The notes under the pieces: model-generated
Told to the model about the DNA's origin: nothing
What the model saw: the letters and a program-made list of their open reading frames with translations, nothing else
Databases searched by the model: none
Program-made: the position numbers and the translations under genes
Part shown: positions 63,845 to 64,000 of the stretch, in pieces
How positions within the stretch are numbered: position 1 is the stretch's first letter
Layout: each line of letters begins with the position of its first letter
Assembly: GCF_041146345.1 (NCBI RefSeq)
Contig: NW_027191405.1
Coordinates: 1,922,001 to 1,986,000, forward strand
Direction of reading: 5' to 3'
Source: Neodothiora populina
Taxonomy: Eukaryota
DNA: 64,000 nt

Positions 63845-64000
63845 TCAGGACCATAGTATCAGGGGTTTCGATCGATGAGTCGCCAATTCTTCGATGGTCG
63901 CAGCCAAATCTTGAAGGGCTTGCTCAACAAATGCTTTGTTGTTCTCGTTACCGACTACCCCGACCCTGGTTTGTCCATTTCGAACGAACGACACAACCTT
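63845..64000 (-). CDS. Possible 3' end of a gene entering from beyond the window
   Basis: Open frame GCVVRSKWTNQGRVVGNENNKAFVEQALQDLAATIEELATHRSKPLILWS* convergent on the FAD gene; no recognisable motif. Confidence 0.3.
   Translation of the reverse strand, partial: KVVSFVRNGQTRVGVVGNENNKAFVEQALQDLAATIEELATHRSKPLILWS

Noticed and set aside
1..64000. Transposons, tRNA/rRNA genes, CRISPR arrays, telomeric repeats, PKS/NRPS
   Set aside because: No transposase or RT ORFs, LTR/TIR pairs, RNA-gene signatures, spacer-repeat arrays, (TTAGGG)n or backbone synthase domains were seen.

Overview
Eukaryotic DNA from a filamentous ascomycete (Pezizomycotina, probably Dothideomycetes; inferred from GT-AG introns with CTRAC branch points, Zn2Cys6 factors and Cch1). 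About 3-32 kb is mostly a housekeeping block: SFT2, an Rtg3/GlcD-gamma-type bHLH factor, ARG1, branched-chain keto-acid dehydrogenase E2, a Zn2Cys6 factor, a membrane protein with an internal stop, and CCH1. About 33-64 kb looks accessory. It holds a GH17 gene with a stop at a conserved Trp, a fungal TF-domain protein, a gene-poor stretch, a secreted carboxylesterase and an unknown secreted protein. It also holds a compact putative oxidative-catabolic cluster (two FAD monooxygenases, an FMO, an SDR, a dienelactone-hydrolase/SnoaL protein, a Zn2Cys6 regulator and a decaying MFS transporter). Non-coding signals include a dispersed TAAGGTA/TACCTTA palindromic motif family, long structured SFT2 introns, an H/ACA-like hairpin in ARG1 intron 1 and a long AUG-free bHLH leader. 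Gene models were spliced by eye; no database searches were run.
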